From NCBI GenBank assembly GCA_048772705.1, contig JBLWGC010000194.1, positions 1 through 64,000 on the forward strand: DNA of 64,000 bases, in the 5' to 3' direction. A program made the translations under genes and the position numbers. Below the pieces are notes generated by a model. The model saw only the letters and a list, made by a program, of their open reading frames with translations. It was not told where the DNA came from and ran no database searches. Each line of letters opens with the position of its first letter. Within the stretch, counting starts at the first letter, position 1. Shown here piece by piece: positions 13,901-24,954 of the stretch. The stretch comes from Leidyana gryllorum EB-2025a (taxonomy: Eukaryota; Protista; Apicomplexa).

Positions 13901-15589
13901 CTGTTGGGTGTGGAGGCATTTGGACCGCTTTTTCATTGTGGCCCTCCTCGGGAGCCGTGTCGAGATGCTGTGCGCGCGACTGAGAGCCCTCACACAGGTG
14001 ACGTATGCTCGCAGACAGTCTGCCAGCCTTCTGGCTGGCCACTTGATGCGACGAGGGTACAATGATGGAGCCATGGATTTGCTGCTACGTGGTGGTCTTA
14101 AGACTACGAGAGGTGCCGAGGGAAATACCATTAATTTACCCTAGCTTTACCCCTTGATATCTTCTACCAACTCTTTACGGCGGAGGAAACGAACGCTCTT
14201 GATGTATGCGGTTCGCATACGAGTCGATCGATCCTCCAGCCCCGTACAGCCCGGCAGAGAGAGCTCTGCGCTCCCTTCAAACAACGTCTCCTATCGACCT
14301 ACCTCCTCTAATCCGACTCAAACCTGATGTCCGCTTTTGGCAGGGCTAGGCCCGCCACGGAGAGGAAGGACAGGAAGAACCCTTTGGAACTCCCCTCTCT
14401 TTCCCGGTCCTTAGAGCCTTATTGGCAACACATGGGTTCGCCATCCCACTAAGATGGCGCCTAACACCCATGTCGCCCTTAAGTGTAGCGCACCTGTGCT
14501 GCAGCCATCATAAGGCAAACAGCAGTCTATAAGACATGCCGCTCCGGCAATGTCTCTCGTCTGGTGGGTGCTTGACCCGACCAGTTGGCGTCGCCCAAGA
14601 CGCCATCGCGCAATCAGCCCCCACCGAGCCTGCCATTGGGTTGAAGTAGCCCCTCACCGTGACAATATGAAAATCTTGAAAACATCGCACTTGAAAAGTA
14701 TGCTTGAGCAGTCAATAGGAGATTTAGACATCCATCGCTAGCAATCCGACGTAGCAGCACCGAAGGGGTGGCCCCACTCACTATAGTCATCGGCATCTTC
14801 AAACAAGCGAGCGAAAAAATCATCCACGGCTATTCGTAGTTGCCCTCGACACTGTGTGGAGCTCAATGTCTTGGGCCTGGGTTCTCAGGAAGTTGTGTGA
14901 GGAATCTTATCGCACTCTTGATATCATGTAATCTTCAAGCTGATGCTAGTAAGCTCGCCGACTTTCATGTAGTTCATTTGAAAGCTCGTGGATGGATGGA
15001 GAGTGGTTGTCTGTATCGATCACCTCTGGACAGACGACAGTTTTCCCCAGCCAAACCAAAGTGTCAAGCGACATGTCCCAAAAATGAACATTGCTCTCAA
15101 TTATACATCGAACACGTTAGCAACACTTACTTATACACACGCACACACACAAAACCACACTGTCGCTGACTCGTAATCGCCACTTTCAATAGAATCAACA
15201 AGTTCGGGGGCATTCAATATTTATGGCGCGCGGTAGTGGTGTGCTATTTGTTCTGTCCCGTCTCCAGGACTTCTGCGACACTTTTGCGAATTAGATCGTG
15301 TGATGGAGTAGGCGGTCCTTCCCTTTGAACAGTGGGTTGTCAGTCAGCGACTGGAGGGGTCGGCACTGGGAAGATTCGGAAGGGGTGAAAATCTTTGACT
15401 AATTCATTACTGCTTGGAGGATCATTGTTGGTAATGGATTGTAAATCGGGCTCAGCTCAGGGGCATTGAGCCCTCAAAGCCTTGAAGCTTCTACTCGATA
15501 TCTACTGCCTGGGAGTTGACTTTGTTACCGATGTCTTTGGAGAACGGCGAAGAAACTCGATCACCTTTCGGGCTCCACATAGGCAGTCA

Positions 15590-15870
15590 TGAGCATGAAG
15601 AGACCACTGGCTGTGAGGGGCTCAAAGCGTGGTTGGCGGAGTTGGAGTTTTCGTTTCTAGGGATATCGGACGCGAAGGATCGGCAATAAGCGTCATCTCT
15701 GTGCGGAGTGTCTTCTGGGGTGGACTCGCGCAATTCCGGACCGAGGGCGCCCTGGGAAGACAGTGGTACGAAAATGATGTTTATCGTTCAGGTCGCAGGA
15801 GCTTCGAGGCTAAGAGATACCTGTATCTGTTCTATCATCCTCCCTGCGGCCAGCTGGGAGGCTGATGGGT
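15590..15870 (+). pseudogene. Possible decayed retrotransposon Gag-like fragment
   Basis: Two frames give LKAWLAELEFSF* and EGALGRQWYEND...SFEAKRYLYLFYHP, loosely like Ty3/Gypsy capsid motifs. By eye only. Confidence 0.2.
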
Positions 15871-17538
15871 GGTACTGGTTTCCGACATCTTGAGGGTCAA
15901 ATACTGAGAGTTGTGCTCGCCCACTCACACAGCACGCAATCACATGCCAGAGCTGAATATCATTAGCGGTGTTGCACTGGTGCAGTGTGTACATTCAGCC
16001 TTCAGCGACGGCGATTGCTTATCGATATAAATTAGTTATTGCTACCACCAATTTATGTCGCACCCTCTGCTACAATTGCGATCGGCAGCTGTGAAGCCGA
16101 AAGTATTGCTCAAAACATCCGCAGCCGTTTGGCCGACAGCCGATCTGTGTTGCTGTCGACTACGGGCGGAACGCAATGCTTCATGTACAAGTTTCCGATG
16201 TCGGTCCCCTCCACCAACTCACTGTTCAAGACAACAATATCTCCAAACATACGTGGCTGGGGAAGATTTCGCTGCCCCATCACCATTCAATGCAATACTC
16301 CTCTATCTATTAGTTTACTTTTGATATGCCCAATGACCACACACGTGTGTGACGGCCGTATACTTCGTTCTAATTCTATACTTTGTGCGTGTGTATAGTC
16401 TCTCTGATCTGTGATTGAAGTCGGGGATTGAGACTAGTTCGGGATTTCCATCACAAATGATCATTCTGCCCAACCGATGGTTTTAAAGTTTGTCGAAAGT
16501 AGACATAATCTCTTCTCTGGCCCGAATGGAAACAGATATAAAAAAGCTGACCTAGTGCGGTGACTTATAGCACTGTTCTTCTACCTCGAGCTTCAGGAGT
16601 AGCCTCCCACTCAAAAGTCAGTGGAACAGCTTCTCACCGCACGGCGGGTACATGTGTTTGGCAATTCTCTCCCAGATTGCTGGCAGATTGACGAACGCAA
16701 TTGGGTGTGACTTAGTGAAAAAGGTTCTGTAGCCAATCTGATTCGATTGTACGGGAGTCTTGATTCTCGGGACACCAGGTCAGCCAACGGTTTGGTACGG
16801 GGGGCCTGGCGGGTTTCAAACTACGACTGACGGAAAGATGTGCCACCTCCAGCGGATAATCAGGATAATTTTGGCAAATGATGCCCAATGGGGATCTTGT
16901 TCGAGCGGTTACCGAAGGTGTAAGAGGATAGATGCTTGGTAAGGGTGGGTCGGTAACACTGGCTGCGCAAGCTGCGAAGTCATCTGATCGATGTATAGGA
17001 GTTGTATGTCGAATGCGACGCCTCCCGTGACTCCCTGACCAGCCTATTGGCTTCGATAGGACCCCAGTTACCAATCACTGAGACACGGACTAATTGGGAG
17101 AGTGCGAGAGCGCCAATTTCTTCATGCACATAGAAGGCCCCGCCACAGAACTGGCTGGATCGATCTTGATCGGCGGAGGCGTCGAGATCGACAGCCGGAA
17201 TTATTCATCGAAGTTAACTAAATCAGAGATTGTGTCAAATCCAGTTATGAGTGGAATACTTGGAGGGATACGTCTGCTTGGGTGTGCAGAATAGCTCAAC
17301 GGAGCGCGGTATGAAACAGTGCTCGGTGTCCAGGAGCGTCTGATGATCAATCATCTCGGGAGTGTAACAAACGTCGGGAGGTTGGCGGAACTGTGTACGT
17401 AGTAATTCAATGTGACAAATGATAAGAGGAATATGTGAGCAACCACCACATCGCGATGCCATTTACAGTTGTGCGACGCCAACGGTTCTGAAGTCTTTCA
17501 AGTAAATGAGCAACGGGGGCTGGGCAGCTTAAATGGAT

Positions 17539-18885
17539 TCATTGGGTGGAAATGAGATGGAAGGCTTTTAGTTTGTGCCGACTGGGGGGGTGTGTGCGTC
17601 TCTGACGTAATCTGGAATTGGTTTTGATACATGTACTGCGCAGTCGTCCACTTATTGGGCTTCTAGTGTGTTTCAGTATGTCAGATGAATAATCGACTGA
17701 AGCCGGAACTGCCGTGATACGGACGGCACCAACAATCTCCTCCTTCCCAACTGCCGACAGTTTTGAGGAAATATTTTCCTGTCGGGCGCTTTTCTCATCG
17801 ACTCGAGCCAGATTGCCGTCAGTCAGTCTCGAGTGATATGGACCGATCGTCGTGTGCGAGCATTGGTTATCGGGATGTTGTCTGTGCGAAACCCGCCGAG
17901 AGCGGGGACTATCGTCGTGATTAGATTCTGTTGCACGGCTGGTAGCTAACGAATTGTGGGCCTTCCTCCTGCTGAGATCTTCAAACTTCTGCATCGTGGC
18001 ACAGAGTTCCTGCAAACTCTTAGATCGTTTAGCGACCTCTTGATAGGTGATGATGTCCGTATCTGCCGGACATCTCTGTTGCAGAGCGCTGCAAATCATA
18101 GACTGCAGCGCTCTTGAAGGAACTCGCAGCTCATGATAGTTATTCGCATTGGACAAGAGTCGTGCAATGTTCAGTACCCAGCGAGTTGTGGCTCCCCAAG
18201 TCGCAAAACGACCATCGTGCTGTTGATATAACAACGTACAGTACTCCCCCCATAAGTCGGCGTGGGGGAAGAAAAATCGCATATAAGTTTGGTGCATCTC
18301 CTTCACACTAGTACACACATGCAGCCGCTCACACTCATCGTGGAAAGGGAGTAATACTCTCAACTCTTCGAGGAGACCCAGTCGAAACTTTCGATTGCCC
18401 AACAATAAACGCATCCTCGTGAACCACTGATCGGTCTGAACGGCTGTGGAGTACGGAGGTAACGGACGTATTTTCCGAAGCCGACTTGTCCTTTCCCGGG
18501 ATTTAGTGTCTGACGCCAGTAACAGCTCGTACTTCATCCGTAAACCCGCAAGCTCCTGTCGTAGTAACAACTCCTTCTCTGCCGCGGACGCATCGCCGGA
18601 TGAGCTACTGTTCCGCTTCATCTGATTCCGGCCAATTCCATCATCCTGTCCATGAACGCAATGGGAACTAGATTGTTCACCGGCACTATGAGGATCACTC
18701 CGCGGCCAGAGCCGCCACCCGTGACCCTCCGGTTCCACGCTCGACATCACACTCTGGCCGAAACGCGGATTTGTCTGGTATTCCACAGTGTCGCCCTGAG
18801 CTCTTATGTATACTTCGCGGGGCAGAGGGCAGTCTTTGGAGGCCTGCTTCGACATGTCTTTTTCCTCAAGTCTCGTCACGGCCAT
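17539..18885 (-). CDS. Intronless hypothetical protein, 448 aa, possibly Gag-like
   Basis: Long ATG-initiated ORF with a short coiled coil followed by a helical region (LPPYSTAVQTDQWFTRMRLLL...TSVKEMHQTYMRFFFP). No definitive family motif. Confidence 0.5.
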   Translation of the reverse strand: MAVTRLEEKDMSKQASKDCPLPREVYIRAQGDTVEYQTNPRFGQSVMSSVEPEGHGWRLWPRSDPHSAGEQSSSHCVHGQDDGIGRNQMKRNSSSSGDASAAEKELLLRQELAGLRMKYELLLASDTKSRERTSRLRKIRPLPPYSTAVQTDQWFTRMRLLLGNRKFRLGLLEELRVLLPFHDECERLHVCTSVKEMHQTYMRFFFPHADLWGEYCTLLYQQHDGRFATWGATTRWVLNIARLLSNANNYHELRVPSRALQSMICSALQQRCPADTDIITYQEVAKRSKSLQELCATMQKFEDLSRRKAHNSLATSRATESNHDDSPRSRRVSHRQHPDNQCSHTTIGPYHSRLTDGNLARVDEKSARQENISSKLSAVGKEEIVGAVRITAVPASVDYSSDILKHTRSPISGRLRSTCIKTNSRLRQRRTHPPSRHKLKAFHLISTQ

Positions 18886-19217
18886 TCGCCTCCCACACCA
18901 AAAGATGGACTAGTCCAAATCAGAATTAAGTCTACTACCAGCTGTTGTGGACTGGTGTGAGCACAGCACGGTGTCTCCTGTCTCCCTCCGTACACATAGA
19001 ATGCAAAGGCTGGACGGCCCCGATCAATTACGTCACCGACACCATGCGTGCGCACAAGAACACAACCGCACAACAATACGGAGGCTGCCATCATCAGAAT
19101 TCATCTATCTGCACTGCCTGACTGTGACTGGTGCCCAGTGGAATAGACAATGGTTAGCATCATGCAGTAGTGGATTGATAACATACATCCACCGCAAAGG
19201 AGTTGGTAAGTTTGTGG

Positions 19218-22200
19218 TCACCCTTTCTTCTTCGCCGCAGTTTTCTTCTTCGCGGCTGTTGGCGATTTCTTTTCGGTCACTTCCCCACTGTCCTTCTTCG
19301 CTTCCTCGCCACCATCCTTCTTTCCTTCAGCCGCTTTCGTCTCTGAAACTCCCTTCTTTCCCTCTGCTCCTTTCTTCTCAGCAGCTCCAGCCTTCTTCTC
19401 TGCAGCTCCAGCCTTCTTCTCAGCAGCTCCAGCCTTCTTCTCCGCAGCTCCAGCCTTCTTCTCAGCAACTCCAGCCTTCTTCTCAGAGGCTCCGGCCTTC
19501 TTCTCAGAGGCTCCGGCCTTCTTCTCCGCAGCTCCAGCCTTCTTCTCAGCAGCTCCAGCCTTCTTCTCAGCAGCTCCAGCCTTCTTCTCCGCAGCTCCAG
19601 CCTTCTTCTCCGCAGCTCCAGCCTTCTTCTCAGCAGCTCCAGCCTTCTTCTCAGCAGCTCCAGCCTTCTTTTCGGCAGCTCCAGCCTTCTTCTCAGAGGC
19701 TCCAGCCTTCTTCTCCGCAGCTCCAGCCTTCTTCTCCGCAGCTCCAGCCTTCTTCTCCGCAGCTCCAGCCTTCTTCTCAGCAGCTCCAGCCTTCTTCTCA
19801 GCAGCTCCAGCCTTCTTCTCAGCAGCTCCAGCCTTCTTCTCAGCAGCTCCAGCCTTCTTCTCAGAGGCTCCAGCCTTCTTTTCGGAGGCTCCAGCCTTCT
19901 TCTCAGCAACTCCAGCCTTCGTCTCAGCAGCTCCAGCCTTCTTCTCCGCAGCTCCAGCCTTCTTCTCAGCAGCTCCAGCCTTCTTCTCTGCAGCTCCAGC
20001 CTTCTTCTCGGAAGCATCGGCCTTCTTCTCAGAAGCATCAGCCTTCTTCTCAGAAGCTCCAGCTTTCTTCGCCGTTCCTCCGGCCTTCTTAGGACCACTG
20101 GGCTCACTTACTTTGGCATCAGCTTTGCCATCTGCTTCCTTCTTTGCGTCAGCCTTGCCATCTGTTGCCTTCTTCGTGTCGTTACCCTTCTTGTCACTCC
20201 CTTTTCCTGCCTTCGCAGGGCCTTCTGGTAGTTTGCCAGACGGGCTAACAGACTTCTTAGCGGCTTCCTTCGCGCCTTTTTCCGTACCGCCAGTCTTGGG
20301 CAGATCTGGAACCTTCTTCTCCGAAGGCGGGCCGATCTTTTCGGGTACCACCTCTTTCGTCTTGGTCTCAGCTGAGGCTTTCTTGCCTGTGCCCTCAATA
20401 ACCTTCTGTTGAGCCTCAGACTTGGCACTCGTCTTCTCACTCGTCTTTTTAGTGCTCTCTTCTGCCTTGTCCCGACCTACCGAATCCTTTGCCGCGCCAT
20501 CCTTCTTGTCCCCACCGTCCTTAGGTGGTGTCTCACCGGCCTTCGACGCTTCAACTTTACCAGTCTCGTCGGTCTTCTTTGCGGTGGACCGTCCCCTATC
20601 CGTTGTACCTCCACCTAGAGCGGCAGGCTTGATCGCGGTGGGGCTGGGAGCAGCGGACCCACCAACTCCGCCGGATGGTTTGGGTTTCGTCGAAGCGTCG
20701 AAAGTCATATGCGCGAATTTGCCACGGCCTTGGACGGGTCCACCAGTGGTGAATCCTTGGAACTTAGCGCTGCTCGGAGGTTTCGCGCCTGTTCCACCGC
20801 CCGCGGGCCTGCTTGAAGTTCCTGCTTTCCGGCGCTGACCACTGGCACCCATTCCACTCGTAGCTGTAGCCAAATAGCGTCGTCAGCAGCCGTCAAACGT
20901 ACCTGCGAAAGTTGCCGCTTTCTCCATGCCCTCGGCGAGTAACCGTCTACTTGTAATCCCTCGCTCGCAGCATTTCTCGACTAGTCTCGTCCAGCCTCGT
21001 GCGATCAAGAAAGCATTGCGATCTAAGATGCCTTTGACCCCCAGTGGTTTGAGAGCCCTATGCATTCTCATCATCCAGTCGAAAGTTTCCGATTCAGTGG
21101 CGGTGAAGAAGTCAAACGTGCCTTGCTTGGCTTCAATGGTGAAACAAACTGTGAGACTAATGCGAGGAGCAGACACCAACATGCCCTTCTTTTCACCGAC
21201 AGGGGGCGCTGTAAGCTCGCTTTCACTTCCCGAAGAGGAAGCGGGTGATTTGGTGTCCTCAGGCGGGACATCCGCCCGTTTAAACTCCGTCATACTCGAC
21301 TCGTACCCATACCCAATCCGTATGATGTCTTGCAACGGAATCGTGATGCTGGGAGGTCCCTCCAGCGACTTGTACCACGATATGCTTTGGGTCTCAGTGT
21401 CAAGCTGGTGAACAAAATATAGAATCAGGAGGGAAGGCCGTCAGAATGCTCACCGAAAGGTGTCGTGATCCAAATGTATGTTTGCTGGACTTGGGGTGCC
21501 ACCTCAAGTGTACAACAATTCCACGGTGCCGAATAACCTGTGCAGCTTCTTGAGCTTTGTATCCGGGTCCATAATTGAGCTTCTTCCCTTCTGTTGCGGC
21601 TGCCCGATCTTTGTCATCTTTGGCGACAACTTTATCCCTCTCCACCTCCTTCGGGTCCTTAGTAACGCTCCCCTTTCTAGGGGAGGCGTCGGTGGCCTTG
21701 GCAGTTGTCGATTTCCCCGTGACCGAAGATGCTTTGGATGAAGCGCCAGGCCTTGAGGCTGAAGTAGCAGCTCCCTAAGGGAAAGTGACATTTCATTTCT
21801 TGTCGTACATGAGAACCTACCGGAAATCTTGAAGATACACCGCCCCCGGGTTTGGATGCGGAGTCTACTGCTTTGGTGGTGCTGCTTCCAACGCCACCGC
21901 TCCCCCCACCGCCCCCACCTTTTCTCAATTTTTCCAGCTCTGCAGTCAGTGCGCTACGAGCTTCGCAGCAATCCTCTAATTTCTTCTTTAGATCATCATT
22001 TTCACTTCGCAGAGTCTTCAGAAGCGCATTCGCATCAGCAAGCTCCTTCTTCAATCTCTCCACCTCGTCTTCAAGCTCTTTGATCCGCTTCAGCAATTGA
22101 TCTTGGGCTTTGGCATCTCGGCCCAAAATTTGAAGCTGGGCCAAGCAAAAATCAAGCTGGGATTGACGTTCCCTCAATGCTTCCATCAGGGAAGTCTTCT

Positions 22201-23188
22201 CCTCCTGAAACAGCTACATAGAGATGCAAGAGTTCCCTCACCCCCAATTCTAATACGTGATGACCGAGAATGTCGTACCGATTTTGCAGCTCGATCAGTC
22301 GTTGACTGGTGGACTCGAGAGCTCCCTGTCGTTGCATTCTGGCACCGAGAAGTCAACTGCCATAAGATCAAGACTCACGCAGCACGTTGAGCGGCCAACA
22401 CACTTTCACGCAAATGCGCGACGTCTTCGGCAGCGTTGGCAGCCCTGACATTTGACAGATGCCTATGAGCGGTATGAAACAGCCATTTTCTTGAAGCACA
22501 CGACACCTACCGCTCCTCGTCCGCCATTGTGTTAGCAGCTTTCAACTTCAGTATTCGGTCGTCTATGCCAGTATATTCTTCCCGTATTCTCTTGAGCTCA
22601 TCCCGCAGGATGGAATGCTGTTCCGCCAACCGATCATATGCTTCCTGCAGCGAATCCCTTTATCTCGGTGATCTCTTTACGTACTCGTGGTACAAATCGT
22701 CCTTGACGATGTGGATCTGTTTCCATTGTGCGCTGCAACTGAGCGCGAAGAGCCTCCACCTCATCCCGGAGCTCCCTGTTCTGAGGAAGGAAACAGCTTG
22801 TAGGCAGGTCAAAGTTTGTGTTGACTCACTGCTCCTGCGAATTTGGCCCCCCATTTCTCTAAACGCTGCTGTTCTTTGGTGAGCTCATCCAAGCCTAAAC
22901 TGAGTACTGGTGACACTTTGCACATGTCTCACTTTTTGGACCAAAAGTATGGACATCAAGTCCGCGTAGTCTATGGAGAGTGTCTAGCTGAGATAGGCCG
23001 CCTACTCTGAGAGATGTCTAAGCTGATTGTTGGCACTGGCATGAATTCCGCCTTGGAAAACTAAATCTTGGTGCTGAGTTAGTGATGTGTCTTCCCATCT
23101 GGTGGAGTCTTACCAAGCGGTGCTGTACATTTTCTATCGCATCATCACTAGTTGAGGTGATGGGCAGAGGTGCGGGGTATACGGACAT
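19218..23188 (-). CDS. Multi-exon protein: coiled coil, PH-like domain and Lys/Ala-rich repeat tail
   Basis: ATG at 23188 (MSVYPAPLP...). Short GT-AG introns link coiled-coil exons, a PH-like exon (SISWYKS...IPLQDIIRIGYG...CFTIEAKQGTFDFFTATESETFDWMMRM) and the 19218-20873 ORF. Not every internal junction was traced. Confidence 0.7.
19371..20070 (-). repeat. Coding 21-bp minisatellite, ~33 copies, encoding EKKAGAA
   Basis: Unit GCAGCTCCAGCCTTCTTCTC(A/C/T) on the + strand. Variation falls mostly at third codon positions of the minus-strand KKAGAAE frame. Confidence 0.97.
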
Positions 23189-23238
23189 AAAAATCGAGCA
23201 AAGTTATTTTCGGGCACACGTGTGTGCATAGGTGGAGC
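23189..23238. promoter_or_regulatory. Putative bidirectional promoter core between head-to-head genes
   Basis: 50 bp between ATGs at 23188(-) and 23239(+). Contains the palindrome CACACGTGTG (23215-23224). Confidence 0.4.
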
Positions 23239-24097
23239 ATGACCGTGGAAGAGCTGCCTAAGCCCACAGAAGGAGCTGCTCCTGAGGACGCTGGTGCCTA
23301 CCCTGAAGAGGCTGATGTAACACTGTTCGGCAAGAAGAAAAAGAAGAAGAGCAAGAAGCGCACCGATGACCATCTAGGTGAGCTGAATAATTGGGTGATG
23401 GGTAAAGTGGCGTAACAACAGACCACACGGAAGAGAGTTTCATTGACGGTTCTGGATGTGTATTCAAGGCCGGTCAGACCTATACTTATGATACGGTAAT
23501 CCTCTGATGTCATGCAATGTACAATATGGCGTCAGTTGTTGGAGCGTATCCAAACTCTCATTGAGCGGCATAATCCTGACCTTCAAGGCACCCGCAAGTA
23601 CACAATAAAACCGCCGGTGGTTCAACGAGTTGGTTCCAGACGAGTGGCATGGACTAACTTCCGGGACATTTGTGCAATGTAAGCTGCATTATGGTGACGG
23701 GCGGGTAAATATCGTTTGCCAATGTGCAGAATGGGACGAACTCAGGACCACGTGTGTCAATTCGTTTTGTCTGAGTTGGGTACTGAAGGGTCGATCGCCG
23801 GTGAAGGTCAGCTGGTCTTGAAGGGGCGTTATAACAACAAGCACATCGAATCATTGTTGCGGAAGTATATCAGTAAGTGATGCGAGGCTTGGAATATGGA
23901 CAATGGGTTTCTCAGCTGAGTATGTGACATGCTCGATGTGTAGAAGTCCGCAGACCACACTGGAGAGGGATCATCGTACGCGGTTGTACACGATCAGCTG
24001 TGCGGCGTGTGGAGCAAATCGGTCTGTGGCGGCAATCCGCAGTGGTTTCCATGCGGTATCAAGAGCAGATAGACGGAAAGCTAAACAGGCGCAGTAG
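23239..24097 (+). CDS. EIF2S2: Translation initiation factor eIF2 beta subunit (5 exons)
   Basis: Poly-Lys box, KPPVVQRVGSRRVAWTNFRDIC, FVLSELGTEGS, and C2-C2 zinc ribbon EYVTCSMCRSPQT...CAACGA. Four short GT-AG introns restore the frame. Confidence 0.96.
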
Positions 24098-24632
24098 GCC
24101 GTCGAGTCAATGCATAGGCCCCGACACTAAGGAGCAATCCGACGCATGTCCCGAGGAGGATGATTGCCAGGGAAGTTCCGAGCAAAACTTGCTGCAGGGT
24201 CCAGAGCGTGTGTCGATCGGTTTTGTGGACGTAAACTCTCGCCAGGCCCGCTTGAAGTGCCACTCTACCATACATTTGATCAACCCTGGTGCTCAGACTG
24301 TGGATATATCGGTCAACCATTTGCTGCTGCTGCTGATTCTTAGGGAGCTCTCTGAGGGTGGATATCGAGTAATCATCATGGGCGACCAAATATGCCAATC
24401 CCTCGACTGAGGCTCTTGTCACATTGTCTCCTGTATCGGGAATGGTGTGTAAGAGTGCATAAGTCTGTGCTTCAGTATTTGATTCCAGGGTGTTGTTGGC
24501 ATCTGGTAGTTTCGATATCCACCGATCGTCATCGTGCACGCACTGTACGATTGAGAAGGCCACGAACAAGCAGAGCAATGCTCCTGATATCAGTAGCATC
24601 ACCGATTCGCAGGCCTTATAAGTTCTACTCAT
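24081..24632 (-). CDS. Hypothetical membrane protein, 183 aa, hydrophobic segments at both ends
   Basis: ATG-initiated ORF with TM-like stretches VMLLISGALLCLFVAFSIV and VLLGTSLAIILLGTCVGLLLSVGAYAL. Confidence 0.7.
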   Translation of the reverse strand: MSRTYKACESVMLLISGALLCLFVAFSIVQCVHDDDRWISKLPDANNTLESNTEAQTYALLHTIPDTGDNVTRASVEGLAYLVAHDDYSISTLRELPKNQQQQQMVDRYIHSLSTRVDQMYGRVALQAGLARVYVHKTDRHTLWTLQQVLLGTSLAIILLGTCVGLLLSVGAYALTRRPTAPV

Positions 24633-24954
24633 CTTTCTAATGTAGTCCGCCTTTCGGTGAAAAAGAGTAGTTGAGGGCGTTTATCGGACAGCGTGCACCC
24701 AACTGCTGATACGGTATGCACCACAGTCACTGCATCCCCGAACTCTTCGCTGGACAGTAAGATTTGAGACTTCCTTCGGTACAGAAGAAGGGCCTTAGCT
24801 CAGGTCGATTTCCACTCTTCTGCTCGCCGTCATACAGAGTACAAATTCTTCCTAGCCGCTTCTGAGGGACGACTGGAGCATGAATGTGCTTTCACAGAGG
24901 GCCCTTTGACTATTTCACGTTCCACTGACTTTGACTCTGTGTCCTGATGTCTGC

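Noticed and set aside
14430-14475. tRNA gene or retroviral primer-binding site (TGGCGCCTAAC)
   Set aside because: No cloverleaf, only a partial PBS match, and no flanking LTR pair visible.
18947-20107. Poly-(LQPSSQQ) ORF on + and poly-(RRRLELL) ORF on -
   Set aside because: Shadow frames of the stop-free 21-bp repeat. Synonymous variation and splicing support the KKAGAAE frame.
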